From NCBI GenBank assembly GCA_040901675.1, contig JBBDYJ010000038.1, positions 128,001-192,000 of the forward strand: a DNA stretch of 64,000 nucleotides. Direction: 5' to 3'. Below the pieces are notes generated by a model. It worked only from the letters and a program-made list of their open reading frames with translations. It had not been told where the DNA came from and ran no database searches. This document shows, one piece after another, positions 8,784 through 19,174 of the stretch; the stretch's first letter is position 1; each line of letters opens with the position of its first letter. The translations under genes were made by a program, and so were the position numbers. The stretch is from Pirellulales bacterium. GTDB taxonomy: Bacteria > Planctomycetota > Planctomycetia > Pirellulales > JAICIG01.

Positions 8784-10640
8784 TTAAAAGTCCGAAGACC
8801 GGTATATATAAATAGACCACCCGGCGTGCCCGACGGGCTGAAACTGCCGGAAGTACTGGTAGCCAGACTGGCCGAGCGATCGCGTACCACCGGCACCGTC
8901 AAACGCGAACAACCCGTATCCGTGCAAGTAGTTCACGCTCACGGCGTACCAGCCCGGAGGCAACTTCGGCGGCGGGTGAGAGCCATCGACTGCGGCGACG
9001 CCTTCCGGGGGCAATGTGTATTCGATCCTTAACAATCGAGGATCCATGCTGCCAGAGTAGGCCAACTTGAGCGGTCTTGCCTCCGGATGCTCATCGAGCC
9101 ATTGCTTCAGATACAGTAGATCCTGTCCCCAGTCGATGTTGCTGTCAATCAGGCGAGCACCGCCATTGGGCGGTCCCCCGGCTAATTCATTGAAGTACGA
9201 CAGGCTGTGTGGAAACACTGACACGCTGCTCAACAGAAACCAGGTCAACGCCGCCCCGCCGAGTGCTGGGGCTCTCCATTGCCGTCGATTGATCTTGATT
9301 AAGAGGGCTGACTTACTCGCCCAAATAAACAGGAACGGCAGAATGGGCATGACGTAGCGGAAATGGTTCAGACATGTAGACCACGACACGGCGGTTAGAA
9401 ACCCGACGACCGGCAAAATCAAGAACATCTCATCTCTCCAGCTTTGCTGGCGAGAATCTAATGCCGTGGATTTGCCGCGCCGCGATAGGGTGGCCACAGC
9501 GGACAAGGCAAATAGGGCCCAGATTGCCAAGGGTGTCTTCATCGCCAACGCGCTCAGGTAATAGTGCCACCATCCGCCGTCGCTCCACTCGCCGTGCAGA
9601 TAGATACGGTGCTTTTGTAGCACAGTGCTTTGAATCTCGGCCAAACCACGTAGGTAGTCCCACGGCAGAGGCGCGCGGATGGAGCGCGCCCAATCCCAGC
9701 GTGGAACGCGGCTTGGATGGTCGAGTAATCCCGTGTCTCCGATAGGCTGCAGTGTGAATGTGAATCCATAGGCAATGTTAATGATGTAAAGACTTGCCAG
9801 CGCCATCACTCCCACCTGAACCGCCTCGTGAAGCCATCGCTTGCGCGTGGACGCGCTTTTATCCAACAGACGCCACAGCACCCAAATGAGCGGCCACAGC
9901 GCATAGAGCATGAGCCATACAAACTTCGTCGATTCGGCTAGTCCGAGTAGCACACCACACCAAACCGTCTGGGGCCAGCTCGGAGTCCGCAGCCATAACC
10001 AAAAAGCGTAGAATGCGGCAAGTCCTACGGCAGTGGTGGCCACGTCTGCCGTGACCAATGGAGCGTGGGCCAGGATATTGGGGCAGAAGCACCAGAGGCC
10101 CAGCGCTAAGTATGCGGATCTACGTCCGTACAAGCGTCCGGCCCAGCAATAAGAAATGATCGCGCCGAGGACACTGAAGGGAATGCAGGCCAAACGTGCT
10201 GCCATGACAAGCTTTAGCGATCGTTCGCCGTTGGCCTTCAAAAAATCGCTTCCGACCGCGAAGGAAGCAGGTACTCGCGTCCAGTCCGACTCGTATCCCA
10301 GCGCCATGACCGGCAGGGCGGCGAGCATTCCCACCGTCGGAGGATTGCCTCGGTCCAGATCGAACTTTCCTTCGGACCAGCGTCGAATGCCAGCGGCAAG
10401 ATGCAATGGTTCGTCCGCTGTCGGCGAATGCCGGGAGGCACCCAGCGCCAAGAGCATGACGTGAATGACAAGCACCCCTCCCACGATGTATCTCTGGAAG
10501 CCCACGGGGGGCCTCGAACCATGACGAGCAAACGCCGTCGTGGACCGTGTCGTCGTCTGTGCGGACTGTCCTTGCTGGTTCACCGGTTGCATCCCCTTGC
10601 CGATGCCTCTGTCTCGCTGAGCAGAGTTGACGCGAACCAT
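8784..10640 (-). CDS. GT-C fold glycosyltransferase (GT39/ArnT/PMT-like)
   Basis: N-terminal PTADE acidic motif, many TM helices, SLSYFNELAGGP and DSNIDWGQDL. Start uncertain (10592 possible). Confidence 0.85.
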   Translation of the reverse strand: MVRVNSAQRDRGIGKGMQPVNQQGQSAQTTTRSTTAFARHGSRPPVGFQRYIVGGVLVIHVMLLALGASRHSPTADEPLHLAAGIRRWSEGKFDLDRGNPPTVGMLAALPVMALGYESDWTRVPASFAVGSDFLKANGERSLKLVMAARLACIPFSVLGAIISYCWAGRLYGRRSAYLALGLWCFCPNILAHAPLVTADVATTAVGLAAFYAFWLWLRTPSWPQTVWCGVLLGLAESTKFVWLMLYALWPLIWVLWRLLDKSASTRKRWLHEAVQVGVMALASLYIINIAYGFTFTLQPIGDTGLLDHPSRVPRWDWARSIRAPLPWDYLRGLAEIQSTVLQKHRIYLHGEWSDGGWWHYYLSALAMKTPLAIWALFALSAVATLSRRGKSTALDSRQQSWRDEMFLILPVVGFLTAVSWSTCLNHFRYVMPILPFLFIWASKSALLIKINRRQWRAPALGGAALTWFLLSSVSVFPHSLSYFNELAGGPPNGGARLIDSNIDWGQDLLYLKQWLDEHPEARPLKLAYSGSMDPRLLRIEYTLPPEGVAAVDGSHPPPKLPPGWYAVSVNYLHGYGLFAFDGAGGTRSLGQSGYQYFRQFQPVGHAGWSIYIYRSSDF

Positions 10641-10809
10641 GCCGTCTACGACAATGGAACTCGCAACCGCCCACTCGCTTTGCCGGGAGCGGGCTGCTTG
10701 TCAGTCCTGTGGCGAGCCGCCTGCCCGGATGGTACTGCCGAAAGCCTCCGTTTTCAACCCGGATTGGCACTTAGGGCGGCGCGGGAGAAAACGCGGGGGA
10801 GCCCGAAAT

Positions 10810-11985
10810 ATGCAGTGTGAACTGACCACTGTCAGTCTGGGCAAAGACGCTCCCCTGGTGTCCGTCGTGATCCCCTGCTTGAATGAAGAGCGCACCGTCG
10901 GGGCTTGCATCCAGGCGGCACGGGCCTCGCTTACCCGGCTCGGCATAGCGGGCGAGGTGCTGGTGTCCGACAACGGCTCGACGGACCGGTCGGTGAATAT
11001 GGCTCGCGAGGCGGGTGCCCGCGTTGTCCACTGTCCACGCTTAGGCTATGGCCATGCCGTCCGGTTCGGCGTTGAGCAGTCGCGAGGCCAATTCGTCGTG
11101 ATGGGGGACGGCGATGGCAGCTACGATTTCGCGTCAATCGATCCATTCATCTGCCGGCTTCAGGAGGGGGCACACCTGGTGATGGGCAATCGGTTCCAGG
11201 GAGGTATCCAGGCCGGCGCGATGCCATGGAAGAACCGATATATCGGCAATCCGGCCCTCACCTGGCTACTGAACGCCCTATTCGGCACGAGGATCGGAGA
11301 TGCTCATTGCGGACTGAGGGGCTTCACACGGGGCGCTTTCGACCGCATGCGGCTCGAGTCGGCTGGCATGGAACTGGCGAGCGAAATGGTCGTTAAGGCG
11401 GCTCGGATCGGTTTGAGCGTGCAGGAGGTCCCAACCGTCCTCTGGCCCGACGGCCGGGACAGGCCGCCGCACCTGCGACCTTGGCGGGATGGATGGCGCC
11501 ACCTCAAGCTGCTGTTGATGTTCAGTCCGCTCCATCTGTTCTTGTTGCCAGCCGTGGTGCTTCTGCTCGCCGGGCTGCTGCTCACCGTCCCCCTTGCGGC
11601 CGGTCCCTTGCGGATTGGCTCCGCACGATTCGACATGCACTGGATGGTGCTCGGTGTCCTGCTCGTGCTGCTGGGATTGCAGATCCTCTACTTCGGCGTG
11701 GCCGCACGTTGCTACACCGTTTGGCACCGATTTCCCATGCCGGACCGATGGCTGGACATTCTCGCGCCCCGCGTTCACCTTGAGCACGGGCTGCTCATTG
11801 GGGGCGTTCTCAGCTTCGCCGGGTTGGCGATCGACATATGGGTCTTAATCGACTGGGTCGATGTCGGGTTTGGCGCATTGCAGCGGGTGAGGCCCGCTCT
11901 CTTGGCGACGGCCATGATCGCCGCGGGCGTCCAAACGGTATTCTTCTCGTTCTTCATGGCAATTATGAAGGACAAGCAGCACTAA
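10810..11985 (+). CDS. GT2 glycosyltransferase (polyprenol-phosphate glycosyltransferase-like) with C-terminal TMs
   Basis: VSVVIPCLNEE, DNGSTD, DGDGSYD, DAHCGLRGF and RPWRDGWRHL. Confidence 0.9.
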   Translation: MQCELTTVSLGKDAPLVSVVIPCLNEERTVGACIQAARASLTRLGIAGEVLVSDNGSTDRSVNMAREAGARVVHCPRLGYGHAVRFGVEQSRGQFVVMGDGDGSYDFASIDPFICRLQEGAHLVMGNRFQGGIQAGAMPWKNRYIGNPALTWLLNALFGTRIGDAHCGLRGFTRGAFDRMRLESAGMELASEMVVKAARIGLSVQEVPTVLWPDGRDRPPHLRPWRDGWRHLKLLLMFSPLHLFLLPAVVLLLAGLLLTVPLAAGPLRIGSARFDMHWMVLGVLLVLLGLQILYFGVAARCYTVWHRFPMPDRWLDILAPRVHLEHGLLIGGVLSFAGLAIDIWVLIDWVDVGFGALQRVRPALLATAMIAAGVQTVFFSFFMAIMKDKQH

Positions 11986-11997
11986 TCCTGGTCTGCC

Positions 11998-13044
11998 GTG
12001 GACGTCCTGCATCCGATCACCGTAGCCGCTAACACGCCTCGCCCGCAGAGGCAGCGGTCGAAGGCAATCTGGCTGTCGATCATCGTTCCGACCTATAACG
12101 GGGCCCGCTTTCTCCGCGCGGCCCTGGACAGCGTGGCGTCTCAGGTAGACGACGGCGTGGAGGTCATTGCCGTGGACGATGGGTCGACCGACTCGACTCC
12201 GGCGATTCTACGATCGTACGCCAAACGTCTGCCCCTTTGCATCGTGTCCCGGGAGCACCGCGGCAATTGGGTGGCCAATGCGAACTACGGCCTTTCGATT
12301 GCCAAGGGCGAATACATTTCTTTGTTGCACCAGGACGATCTTTGGGCCCCCCAAAGATTAGCGATTTTGAAAGGGATGACATCGCAGTACCCGGCGGCGC
12401 CCATGACGCTGCACCCCTCCTGGTTCATCGATGTGCAAGGACGCAAAGTCGGGGGCTGGCGCCCGCCGTTCCCCACGGTTTCCCAAGAACTTTCGGGGGC
12501 GATGGTGTTCGAGCGGTTGCTCGTGCAGAACTTTATTTGCGTGGCCGCTCCCCTGTTCCGAGCCGAAACTGTCGCAAAGCTGGGTGGGCTGGACGAGACA
12601 CTTTGGTACGTGGCGGACTGGGACCTCTGGCTAAAAATCGCCTCGACGGGGAGCATCGTGTACCATCCTAGGCCGCTTGTCGCCTTCCGCGTCCACTCGG
12701 AATCGCAGACTTGGGCACGTGCCGGACAAGTCCTGGAACTCCGCCGGCAGTACAATGTCGTCCTTGGCCGGCATCTGGTGCCGTGGGAAGCGAGACCGCC
12801 GACCAATCCGGTGGTCGCGCGCGTCGCACGCTATTCAGTCGAAGTGAATCTGGCTTTGGCCGCCCGCGCTCACCGTAAGCCTGTAGACGTATTCCGGCTG
12901 TTCGGGGCTTTCATCGCCTTGGGGCCCATGGGCTGGACGCGCTATCTCCGCGACTCGCGGATCGGTGAGCGCGTCTTCTCCCGATGGCGTGCTGGCCTAA
13001 TATCAAGGGGCAAGGGATACCATGACGCTCGCGACAAAGCTTAG
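11998..13044 (+). CDS. GT2 glycosyltransferase
   Basis: SIIVPTYNG, VDDGSTD, LHQDD and ADWDLWL. Confidence 0.9.
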   Translation: MDVLHPITVAANTPRPQRQRSKAIWLSIIVPTYNGARFLRAALDSVASQVDDGVEVIAVDDGSTDSTPAILRSYAKRLPLCIVSREHRGNWVANANYGLSIAKGEYISLLHQDDLWAPQRLAILKGMTSQYPAAPMTLHPSWFIDVQGRKVGGWRPPFPTVSQELSGAMVFERLLVQNFICVAAPLFRAETVAKLGGLDETLWYVADWDLWLKIASTGSIVYHPRPLVAFRVHSESQTWARAGQVLELRRQYNVVLGRHLVPWEARPPTNPVVARVARYSVEVNLALAARAHRKPVDVFRLFGAFIALGPMGWTRYLRDSRIGERVFSRWRAGLISRGKGYHDARDKA

Positions 13045-13792
13045 GGCGATTCGTATGTTGGTGGCAAACAATGGGCTTCGCTGGACGCTGCTGTTCAGCG
13101 CCAGTGCGGTGCTGACTGGCGTTGTGGCTGCAATTGAGCGGCGGCTCCGGCTGCTGGAGTCGCGGCATGGGCTGCCAGGATTCTACGCGCCATGGGTGGC
13201 CGGCAAGCTGTGGGACCTCTACGACTGGAGGCGAGGTGGCGAAGAGTGGACCGCATCGGCCGAATGGAAAGATGCGCTCGTTGATAGCGTGATGTACCGG
13301 TGGCTTGATCCGGGTGCCACGGTCCTGGAGATCGGCCCTGGGGCCGGCCGCTGGACGGAAGCGCTCGTGCGGCTTGCCAGCCGGCTGATCCTGGTGGATG
13401 TCTCCGCTCGGTCATTGGATGTCTGCCGCGGCCGCTTCGCAGGCGTCCCAAACATCGAATACCACGTGAACGACGGGGCGGCCCTTACCGCCGTCCTCGA
13501 CGAGGCCGTGGATTTCATCTGGTCATTCGACGTGTTCGTCCATATCTCCGCCGAGACTACGGCTGGCTACATCAAGGAGTTCCGGCGCGTACTGCGCCCG
13601 GGAGGGCGTGCGATCATCCACCATACAGCCGACGGAGGGTGGCAAGGGCGGTGGAGGACGCGGATGACCGCTGAAATGTTTCGGGAGCTCGTCCGCGACC
13701 AGGGGTTGGTTCCGCTCGAGCAGTTCACGGCCTGGGGGGACCAGTCCCAATTCCGCGTTCCCGGCGACGCGATCACCGTCATCACGAAATGA
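13022..13792 (+). CDS. Class I SAM-dependent methyltransferase
   Basis: VLEIGPGAG motif I, DVFVH and LRPGG. Confidence 0.88.
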   Translation: MTLATKLRAIRMLVANNGLRWTLLFSASAVLTGVVAAIERRLRLLESRHGLPGFYAPWVAGKLWDLYDWRRGGEEWTASAEWKDALVDSVMYRWLDPGATVLEIGPGAGRWTEALVRLASRLILVDVSARSLDVCRGRFAGVPNIEYHVNDGAALTAVLDEAVDFIWSFDVFVHISAETTAGYIKEFRRVLRPGGRAIIHHTADGGWQGRWRTRMTAEMFRELVRDQGLVPLEQFTAWGDQSQFRVPGDAITVITK

Positions 13793-13885
13793 GCCGAAAA
13801 GCTGCTCGGCACGAGGCGTGAATCATTGCGGCCGGGACCACCGTCTAGCCGATTGTCCCTTTGCCCTTCCCGGATATTCTTTGGC

Positions 13886-15634
13886 ATGCGTGTTCCAATC
13901 CGTGTTGCCGCCGTCATGCTGCTCGTGCTGCACGCGGGCCTGTTGGCTTGGGCGGCCGCACGGCAAGCGCCGACTTACGACGAGGTCGCCTGGTTGCCCG
14001 CCGGGATTTGCCATTGGCAATTGGGGCGGTTTGATCTGGGGAGGGTCAATCCGCCATTGCCGCGGATGATTGCGGCCCTGCCGGTTTTGGCCGTGGGCGC
14101 GCAAACCGACTGGACTCGCTTCTCGGGCGAGCCGGGTTCGAGGGCCGAGTTCGCCGTCGGCCGCGACTTCATGCAGGCCAACGGCCCGCGATCCTTTTGG
14201 CTCTTCACACTCGCCCGCTGGGCTTCGATCCCCTTTAGCCTCTTGGCCGGCTGGGTTTGCTATTCCTGGGGCACGCACCTCTATGGGAGGGGTGCTGGGT
14301 TGATGTCGCTTGTGCTGTGGTGCTTCTCCCCGATCGTGTTGGCGAACGCGGGACTCGTGACGGCCGACGTGCCCTCGGCTGCGTTGGGCCTGACTGCGAC
14401 GTATTCATTCTGGCGCTATCTCCACCGTCCCAGGATCAGCGCGGCTGTTGGCGCGGGTGTGCTGCTGGGGCTGGCCGAGCTGACCAAGACCACGCTGCTC
14501 GCATGGTATCTGGTGTGGCCCATGCTGTGGGCGGCCCGGCACCGGCGGCAAGACACCGACGCACCCGGTCGAGTCGCGAAATGGTACGACCTGTTACTTA
14601 TCGCAGTGATCAGCCTGTACGTGATGAACCTCGGGTATTGGTTCGAGGGTTCGTTCACCAAGCTCGATCGCCTCCAGTTCGTGAGTCACGCGTTGGCAGG
14701 CGATGGGCGGGGCCTCGGCTGGGGCAACCGCTTTTCGGGAACTGCCCTGGGAGAATTGCCGCTGCCGTTGCCGGTCAACCATCTACTTGGGATTGACCAG
14801 GTCAAGGCCCAATTCGAACTCGGAAGTCCCACATACCTCCGCGGTCGCTGGAAGCACGGCGGTTGGTGGTACTACTATGTCTATGCGCTTGTCGTGAAAA
14901 CGCCGCTGGGAACGTGGCTTCTGGCGATCCTCGCCCTAGCTGCCACGATGCTCGCGCGCGGCTATCGGGCGGATTGGCGCGACGAGCTCACGCTATTGCT
15001 GCCGCCGTGCGCGATCCTGGTGTTCGTGAGCTCACAGACGGGATTCGCAACGATGCGTTACCTACTGCCGGCAGCGCCGTTTGCGTTTATATGGATGGGG
15101 AAGCTGGCGCGGGCTGTTGAGATCAGGCACCGCGTGCTGGCCAAGGTTGCGCTGTTCGCGCTCTCATGGACCGTCACCAGCAGCCTTGCCGTGTATCCGC
15201 ACAGCCTGGCATACTTCAATGAATTGGGCGGCGGCCCTCTCGGGGGTCCTGCACATCTGGTGGACAGCAATATCGACTGGGGACAGGATCTTCTCTATCT
15301 AAAGCGGTGGATCGAGCGGCATCCAGGCGCGCGCCGTCTGCACGTTGCCTATTCAGGTCTGGTTGATCCCAGACTGGCTGGGATTGAGTTCAAGCTCCCT
15401 AAAAAGGCACCCGCTGCCGGGGCGCACGAGCTTGGCAATCAATCGTTTGTTGAACCCGGCTGGTACGCCATAAGCGTCAATGTATTGCGGGGCCTTCCAG
15501 CAGCCATCCCGGACGGCCAGGGTGGCTGGCAGGGCGCCGCTACGGGTGATTATGCGTACTTCCGAGACTACGACCCCGTTGCCCGGGCCGGTTACACGAT
15601 CTATATTTATCACTTTGATGAAGGTCGGCACTGA
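13886..15634 (+). CDS. GT-C fold glycosyltransferase (GT39-like), paralog of 8784-10640
   Basis: PTYDE, NPPLPR, SLAYFNELGGGP, DSNIDWGQDL and GWYAISVN. Confidence 0.85.
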   Translation: MRVPIRVAAVMLLVLHAGLLAWAAARQAPTYDEVAWLPAGICHWQLGRFDLGRVNPPLPRMIAALPVLAVGAQTDWTRFSGEPGSRAEFAVGRDFMQANGPRSFWLFTLARWASIPFSLLAGWVCYSWGTHLYGRGAGLMSLVLWCFSPIVLANAGLVTADVPSAALGLTATYSFWRYLHRPRISAAVGAGVLLGLAELTKTTLLAWYLVWPMLWAARHRRQDTDAPGRVAKWYDLLLIAVISLYVMNLGYWFEGSFTKLDRLQFVSHALAGDGRGLGWGNRFSGTALGELPLPLPVNHLLGIDQVKAQFELGSPTYLRGRWKHGGWWYYYVYALVVKTPLGTWLLAILALAATMLARGYRADWRDELTLLLPPCAILVFVSSQTGFATMRYLLPAAPFAFIWMGKLARAVEIRHRVLAKVALFALSWTVTSSLAVYPHSLAYFNELGGGPLGGPAHLVDSNIDWGQDLLYLKRWIERHPGARRLHVAYSGLVDPRLAGIEFKLPKKAPAAGAHELGNQSFVEPGWYAISVNVLRGLPAAIPDGQGGWQGAATGDYAYFRDYDPVARAGYTIYIYHFDEGRH

Positions 15635-15726
15635 CACGATGCCCGCTGTAGAACTGTTTGCCTGCCGTCCGCCCATCTACGGTCGCCGCGGTGAAATTCG
15701 CGTGGCCTCCGGTTCTGCGACTGCGC

Positions 15727-16419
15727 TCACGGCATCATCCGTTTGCGGCCCACGAACATCAACTTTCCCCAAGCGATCCTTTCCACAACGGGGTCGAACC
15801 GCTCACTTAGGGCTTTGAGCACCACCGCGGGGTTGGCCAGCCAAGAGGTATAGGTGGAATGCTCGTGTTCGTTCATGATGGCTAGGCAGTCGATCTTGTA
15901 GGACAACCGCCGGGCCAGTTGGCTGCGACAGAGCACGTGAACGAAGGCCAGAAACGGCGTCATCCAGGGCTCGACAGCCACGAATAGACCTCCCCGGACC
16001 AGCACGCGGGACGCTTCTGCCAGCGTCTGTTCAAGGCCCCCCGGCAGACATCCGACGTGGTGCAGCCCGCCCTGCACAATGACGATGTCTTTCGAACCTC
16101 TGTGGAACGGCAGATTGCGGCAATCGCACAGGTATATGCGCGCAGGCCCGCGGTAATGCCCGGCGAGCGAGGGCGAAAGGTCCACCGCTTCCAGTTGCGT
16201 AAAGCCAAGCCTTGACATCGCCTCGAGTCCATTGCCGCGCCCGCAACAAAGCTCAAGGATCCGTGCGTCGCGCGGCCAGTTGAGCGCGCCTAGCTTGCAT
16301 AGGCGGCGCGTAAACTTGTGGATTTCTTCCTTTGGCGTCTCAAACCTTACGTAGGCCGCCTCCCAAGCTTCGTTACAACAAATGCGAGGAGGATCGAATG
16401 CGGTTATGGGCGAATTCAT
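15727..16419 (-). CDS. Class I SAM-dependent methyltransferase
   Basis: ILELCCGRG, GGLHH and RVLVRGG. Confidence 0.85.
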   Translation of the reverse strand: MNSPITAFDPPRICCNEAWEAAYVRFETPKEEIHKFTRRLCKLGALNWPRDARILELCCGRGNGLEAMSRLGFTQLEAVDLSPSLAGHYRGPARIYLCDCRNLPFHRGSKDIVIVQGGLHHVGCLPGGLEQTLAEASRVLVRGGLFVAVEPWMTPFLAFVHVLCRSQLARRLSYKIDCLAIMNEHEHSTYTSWLANPAVVLKALSERFDPVVERIAWGKLMFVGRKRMMP

Positions 16420-16505
16420 TCAATAGCGTTTCATCAAGTAACTGGGGGCACGATTCTCTCTCGTCTCGTCTCAAAAGGAAACGCAGTCAACAGGATGGCA
16501 GAGAA

Positions 16506-18197
16506 TCACGAACCATCGGTTGATTCCTTCAAGACGTACATATCGCGCCATCCACATGGCCAATAGCTCCAATAGTGATATAGCCGATACGGTTTGTACG
16601 GCCGTTGATCGCCGCGTCGAATCGGGCTGGAAAGTGAAACTACGTACTTTGCGGTCACGTCCGGCGCAAGCCGCGAGACCCACCAGGAGTCACTGCTGCG
16701 CGCGCCACGTCCAGGAGTGGCCTGCGACCGCTCGTACATGTGCCAAGCGGTAAACGCGTACCCGGCATCGATCTGATCCGGGTCGACAGCTTCGCGCAAT
16801 AGATCGTCGCCTGCGCGCCACGCCGTGCGCGAAATGGCGTGGATATCGTGCGACCCAGCGAGGCCGTATAATGCCAAGGGCGCGAGGCAGACAGTGAAGG
16901 CCCACCAGTTGACGCGCCCAACGTGCCGCGACAGTAAGCAGAAGAGCGTAACCGCTGTCGGCCCCATCAGGAGCAGGTGCCTGTCGTACTGAATTGGACT
17001 CGTGGCCAGAAGGTAGATGAATTGCCACGCCAGCAGCATCGTCAATAGGCCGGTAACGCACCGCGCAGTGCAGGCTTGGCACTGGCCGTCGTCCGTGCTG
17101 CCACTTTCGATCACTATCCGAGTGAGTACAACGATCGCTAGTACCCCGGCGAGGCTGAAAGCCCAAGACACTGGCGCTCCCCATAGGGCTTCTCGCTCAC
17201 CCAAAATGAATTCATGCTGGGGGAAGAATCCAAACCGCGTAAAGCAGTTCGGCATATAAGGAAAAAGCCTGCCGCGGCCCAACGCATCGTAGGCAAAGAG
17301 CGATAATAGGCCCCAGGCCAGAAACAGCCAGCCATAAGCATGCTTGCCTGGTGGTAACGCGTATGAGCGCCACGGAAGCGAAAAAGCCAGCGGCGCTATG
17401 AATAGCCCCAGGTACACGCCGAGGCCTAGCCCCAGGAACGGCAGCTCGTGCCACAACCGGCCGGCCGCGAACTGCATCACGCGGTCCATCGACCGCTCGA
17501 ACGTCGAGGTCGGGCCGTGACCTGCCTGATACCACCATGAGAAGACGCCCAGCATCGTAATTGCCGGCAAGAAGGCGCAGGCCAGTTCGCTGAGGCCTAA
17601 TCGCCGGGGGCGCCCCGCAAGATACGTAGCAAAAGCGGCCAGCACCAGCATACCCGGTTGGCGAACGAGTCCCGCCATCCCGACTGCAAGCGATCCCAGG
17701 AGAAGCCACACGAGTGGCCGGGGTGTTTGGCCGGCCATGGCTCTGGCATAACACCAGACACCCGTCATGGTCCAGGCAGTTGTCGGCACGTCCGTCATGT
17801 AGGTGTAGGCATGCAAGCAGACGAGCGGATGGAAGATAAAAGTCGCGAGGGCGGCCATAATCATGCCGGTGGCCACGCCGCACATTCTCAAAAGCCGGCA
17901 CAACACGAGGCACTGTGCGGCATGCAGCGAGATCACTGACATCTTGCAGGCGAAGAATGAAAATCCTAATGCCTTTGTGAAGGCCAGCCCCCATGCCACG
18001 TGACCCACCAAGGTCATCGGGTTCCAGTCGAGGATGACCACTCGCCCGTCCCGGTGCAGATGCTCTAGGCTCTTGGCAAACGCCCAGTCGTCCAGGATGG
18101 CATATTCGCCGAATGGCCAAATGACGAGCCCCGCAAACGCAACCATCGCGATGCTCGTCAATTCGGGCGCATAACGTGAAGTGTCCGCCAATCTCAT
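16506..18197 (-). CDS. GT-C fold (GT39-like) multi-TM glycosyltransferase
   Basis: LDDWAF acidic motif after the first TM, YMTDVP, and many TMs. Confidence 0.75.
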   Translation of the reverse strand: MRLADTSRYAPELTSIAMVAFAGLVIWPFGEYAILDDWAFAKSLEHLHRDGRVVILDWNPMTLVGHVAWGLAFTKALGFSFFACKMSVISLHAAQCLVLCRLLRMCGVATGMIMAALATFIFHPLVCLHAYTYMTDVPTTAWTMTGVWCYARAMAGQTPRPLVWLLLGSLAVGMAGLVRQPGMLVLAAFATYLAGRPRRLGLSELACAFLPAITMLGVFSWWYQAGHGPTSTFERSMDRVMQFAAGRLWHELPFLGLGLGVYLGLFIAPLAFSLPWRSYALPPGKHAYGWLFLAWGLLSLFAYDALGRGRLFPYMPNCFTRFGFFPQHEFILGEREALWGAPVSWAFSLAGVLAIVVLTRIVIESGSTDDGQCQACTARCVTGLLTMLLAWQFIYLLATSPIQYDRHLLLMGPTAVTLFCLLSRHVGRVNWWAFTVCLAPLALYGLAGSHDIHAISRTAWRAGDDLLREAVDPDQIDAGYAFTAWHMYERSQATPGRGARSSDSWWVSRLAPDVTAKYVVSLSSPIRRGDQRPYKPYRLYHYWSYWPCGWRDMYVLKESTDGS

Positions 18198-18332
18198 CGT
18201 CGCGTCACGCTCCACCCCCCCCCCGTGCACCGCTCGCCCAAGACTCGGAACGAGCCGGGCTACTGCTTCCTCCGCTCCTTGGCCCCTCCGCTCCAGGTAT
18301 CCCAACTCGTATCCCAACGCCTGCTGGAATCT

Positions 18333-19151
18333 TTACGCCGTCCGCGATGGAGCAGTTTCTGGAGCCAGCCTTCTGCTGGCGCCGTGCGCGGCCGCCAGGC
18401 AGTACCTGGGATTGCGCTCAAAGAGCGGAGATGATCGCAGCCCCCACTTCCAAAGCAGGAACGCACCTGTCGTCGCCAGCACCGCAAGGCCATAGCGCAA
18501 CGAGCGGCGGAAGTCGATCGTGCTCGCGTGGGCAAAATACTTCGTGGGACAAGAGATCTCGCCGATCGAAAAGCCGAACGCTATCGCCTGCGTCAGAATC
18601 TGGTTGTCAAAAACAAAGTCATCTGAATTGGCGCCCAGCGGGAGCGTCTCGATTACGCGGCGGGAAAATGCGCGATAGCCGGTGTGGAACTCCGACAGCC
18701 TGACGCCCAGGCATAGATTCTGCACCCGCGTCAGAATTCGATTGGCCACATATTTATAGAGGGGCATACCTCCGCGCAACGCCGTCCGACCCAGCATTCG
18801 GGAGCCGAGCGCCACATCGTATACGTCACTGGCGACGAGCGCGGCGAGCGCCGCAACCAGGCGCGGATCGTACTGGTAGTCCGGGTGCAGCATGACGACT
18901 ACGTCGGCGCCCGCGGAGATTGCCAGCTCGTAGCACGTCTTCTGGTTCGCCCCGTATCCGAGGTTGCGGGCGTGGGCCGCGGACTTTATTCCAAGCTCGC
19001 GTGCCACCCAGACCGTCTGATCGTCGCTGCAGTCGTCCACAAGCAGCACTTCGTCGACGACGTCGGACGGCATTGCGGCATATGTCCGCCGCAAGGTATG
19101 CTGTGCCCGGTACGCTGGAAGGACGACGACGATCCTCTTGCCATGAAGCAT
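18333..19151 (-). CDS. GT2 glycosyltransferase (DPM synthase-like)
   Basis: [31 protein letters not shown] and EFHTGYRAF. Confidence 0.9.
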   Translation of the reverse strand: MLHGKRIVVVLPAYRAQHTLRRTYAAMPSDVVDEVLLVDDCSDDQTVWVARELGIKSAAHARNLGYGANQKTCYELAISAGADVVVMLHPDYQYDPRLVAALAALVASDVYDVALGSRMLGRTALRGGMPLYKYVANRILTRVQNLCLGVRLSEFHTGYRAFSRRVIETLPLGANSDDFVFDNQILTQAIAFGFSIGEISCPTKYFAHASTIDFRRSLRYGLAVLATTGAFLLWKWGLRSSPLFERNPRYCLAAAHGASRRLAPETAPSRTA

Positions 19152-19174
19152 ATATTCTCTGCGGTCGGCCTGGT

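Noticed and set aside
7886..8815. 309-aa plus-strand ORF
   Set aside because: Overlaps other genes and has no recognisable motifs or coherent composition.
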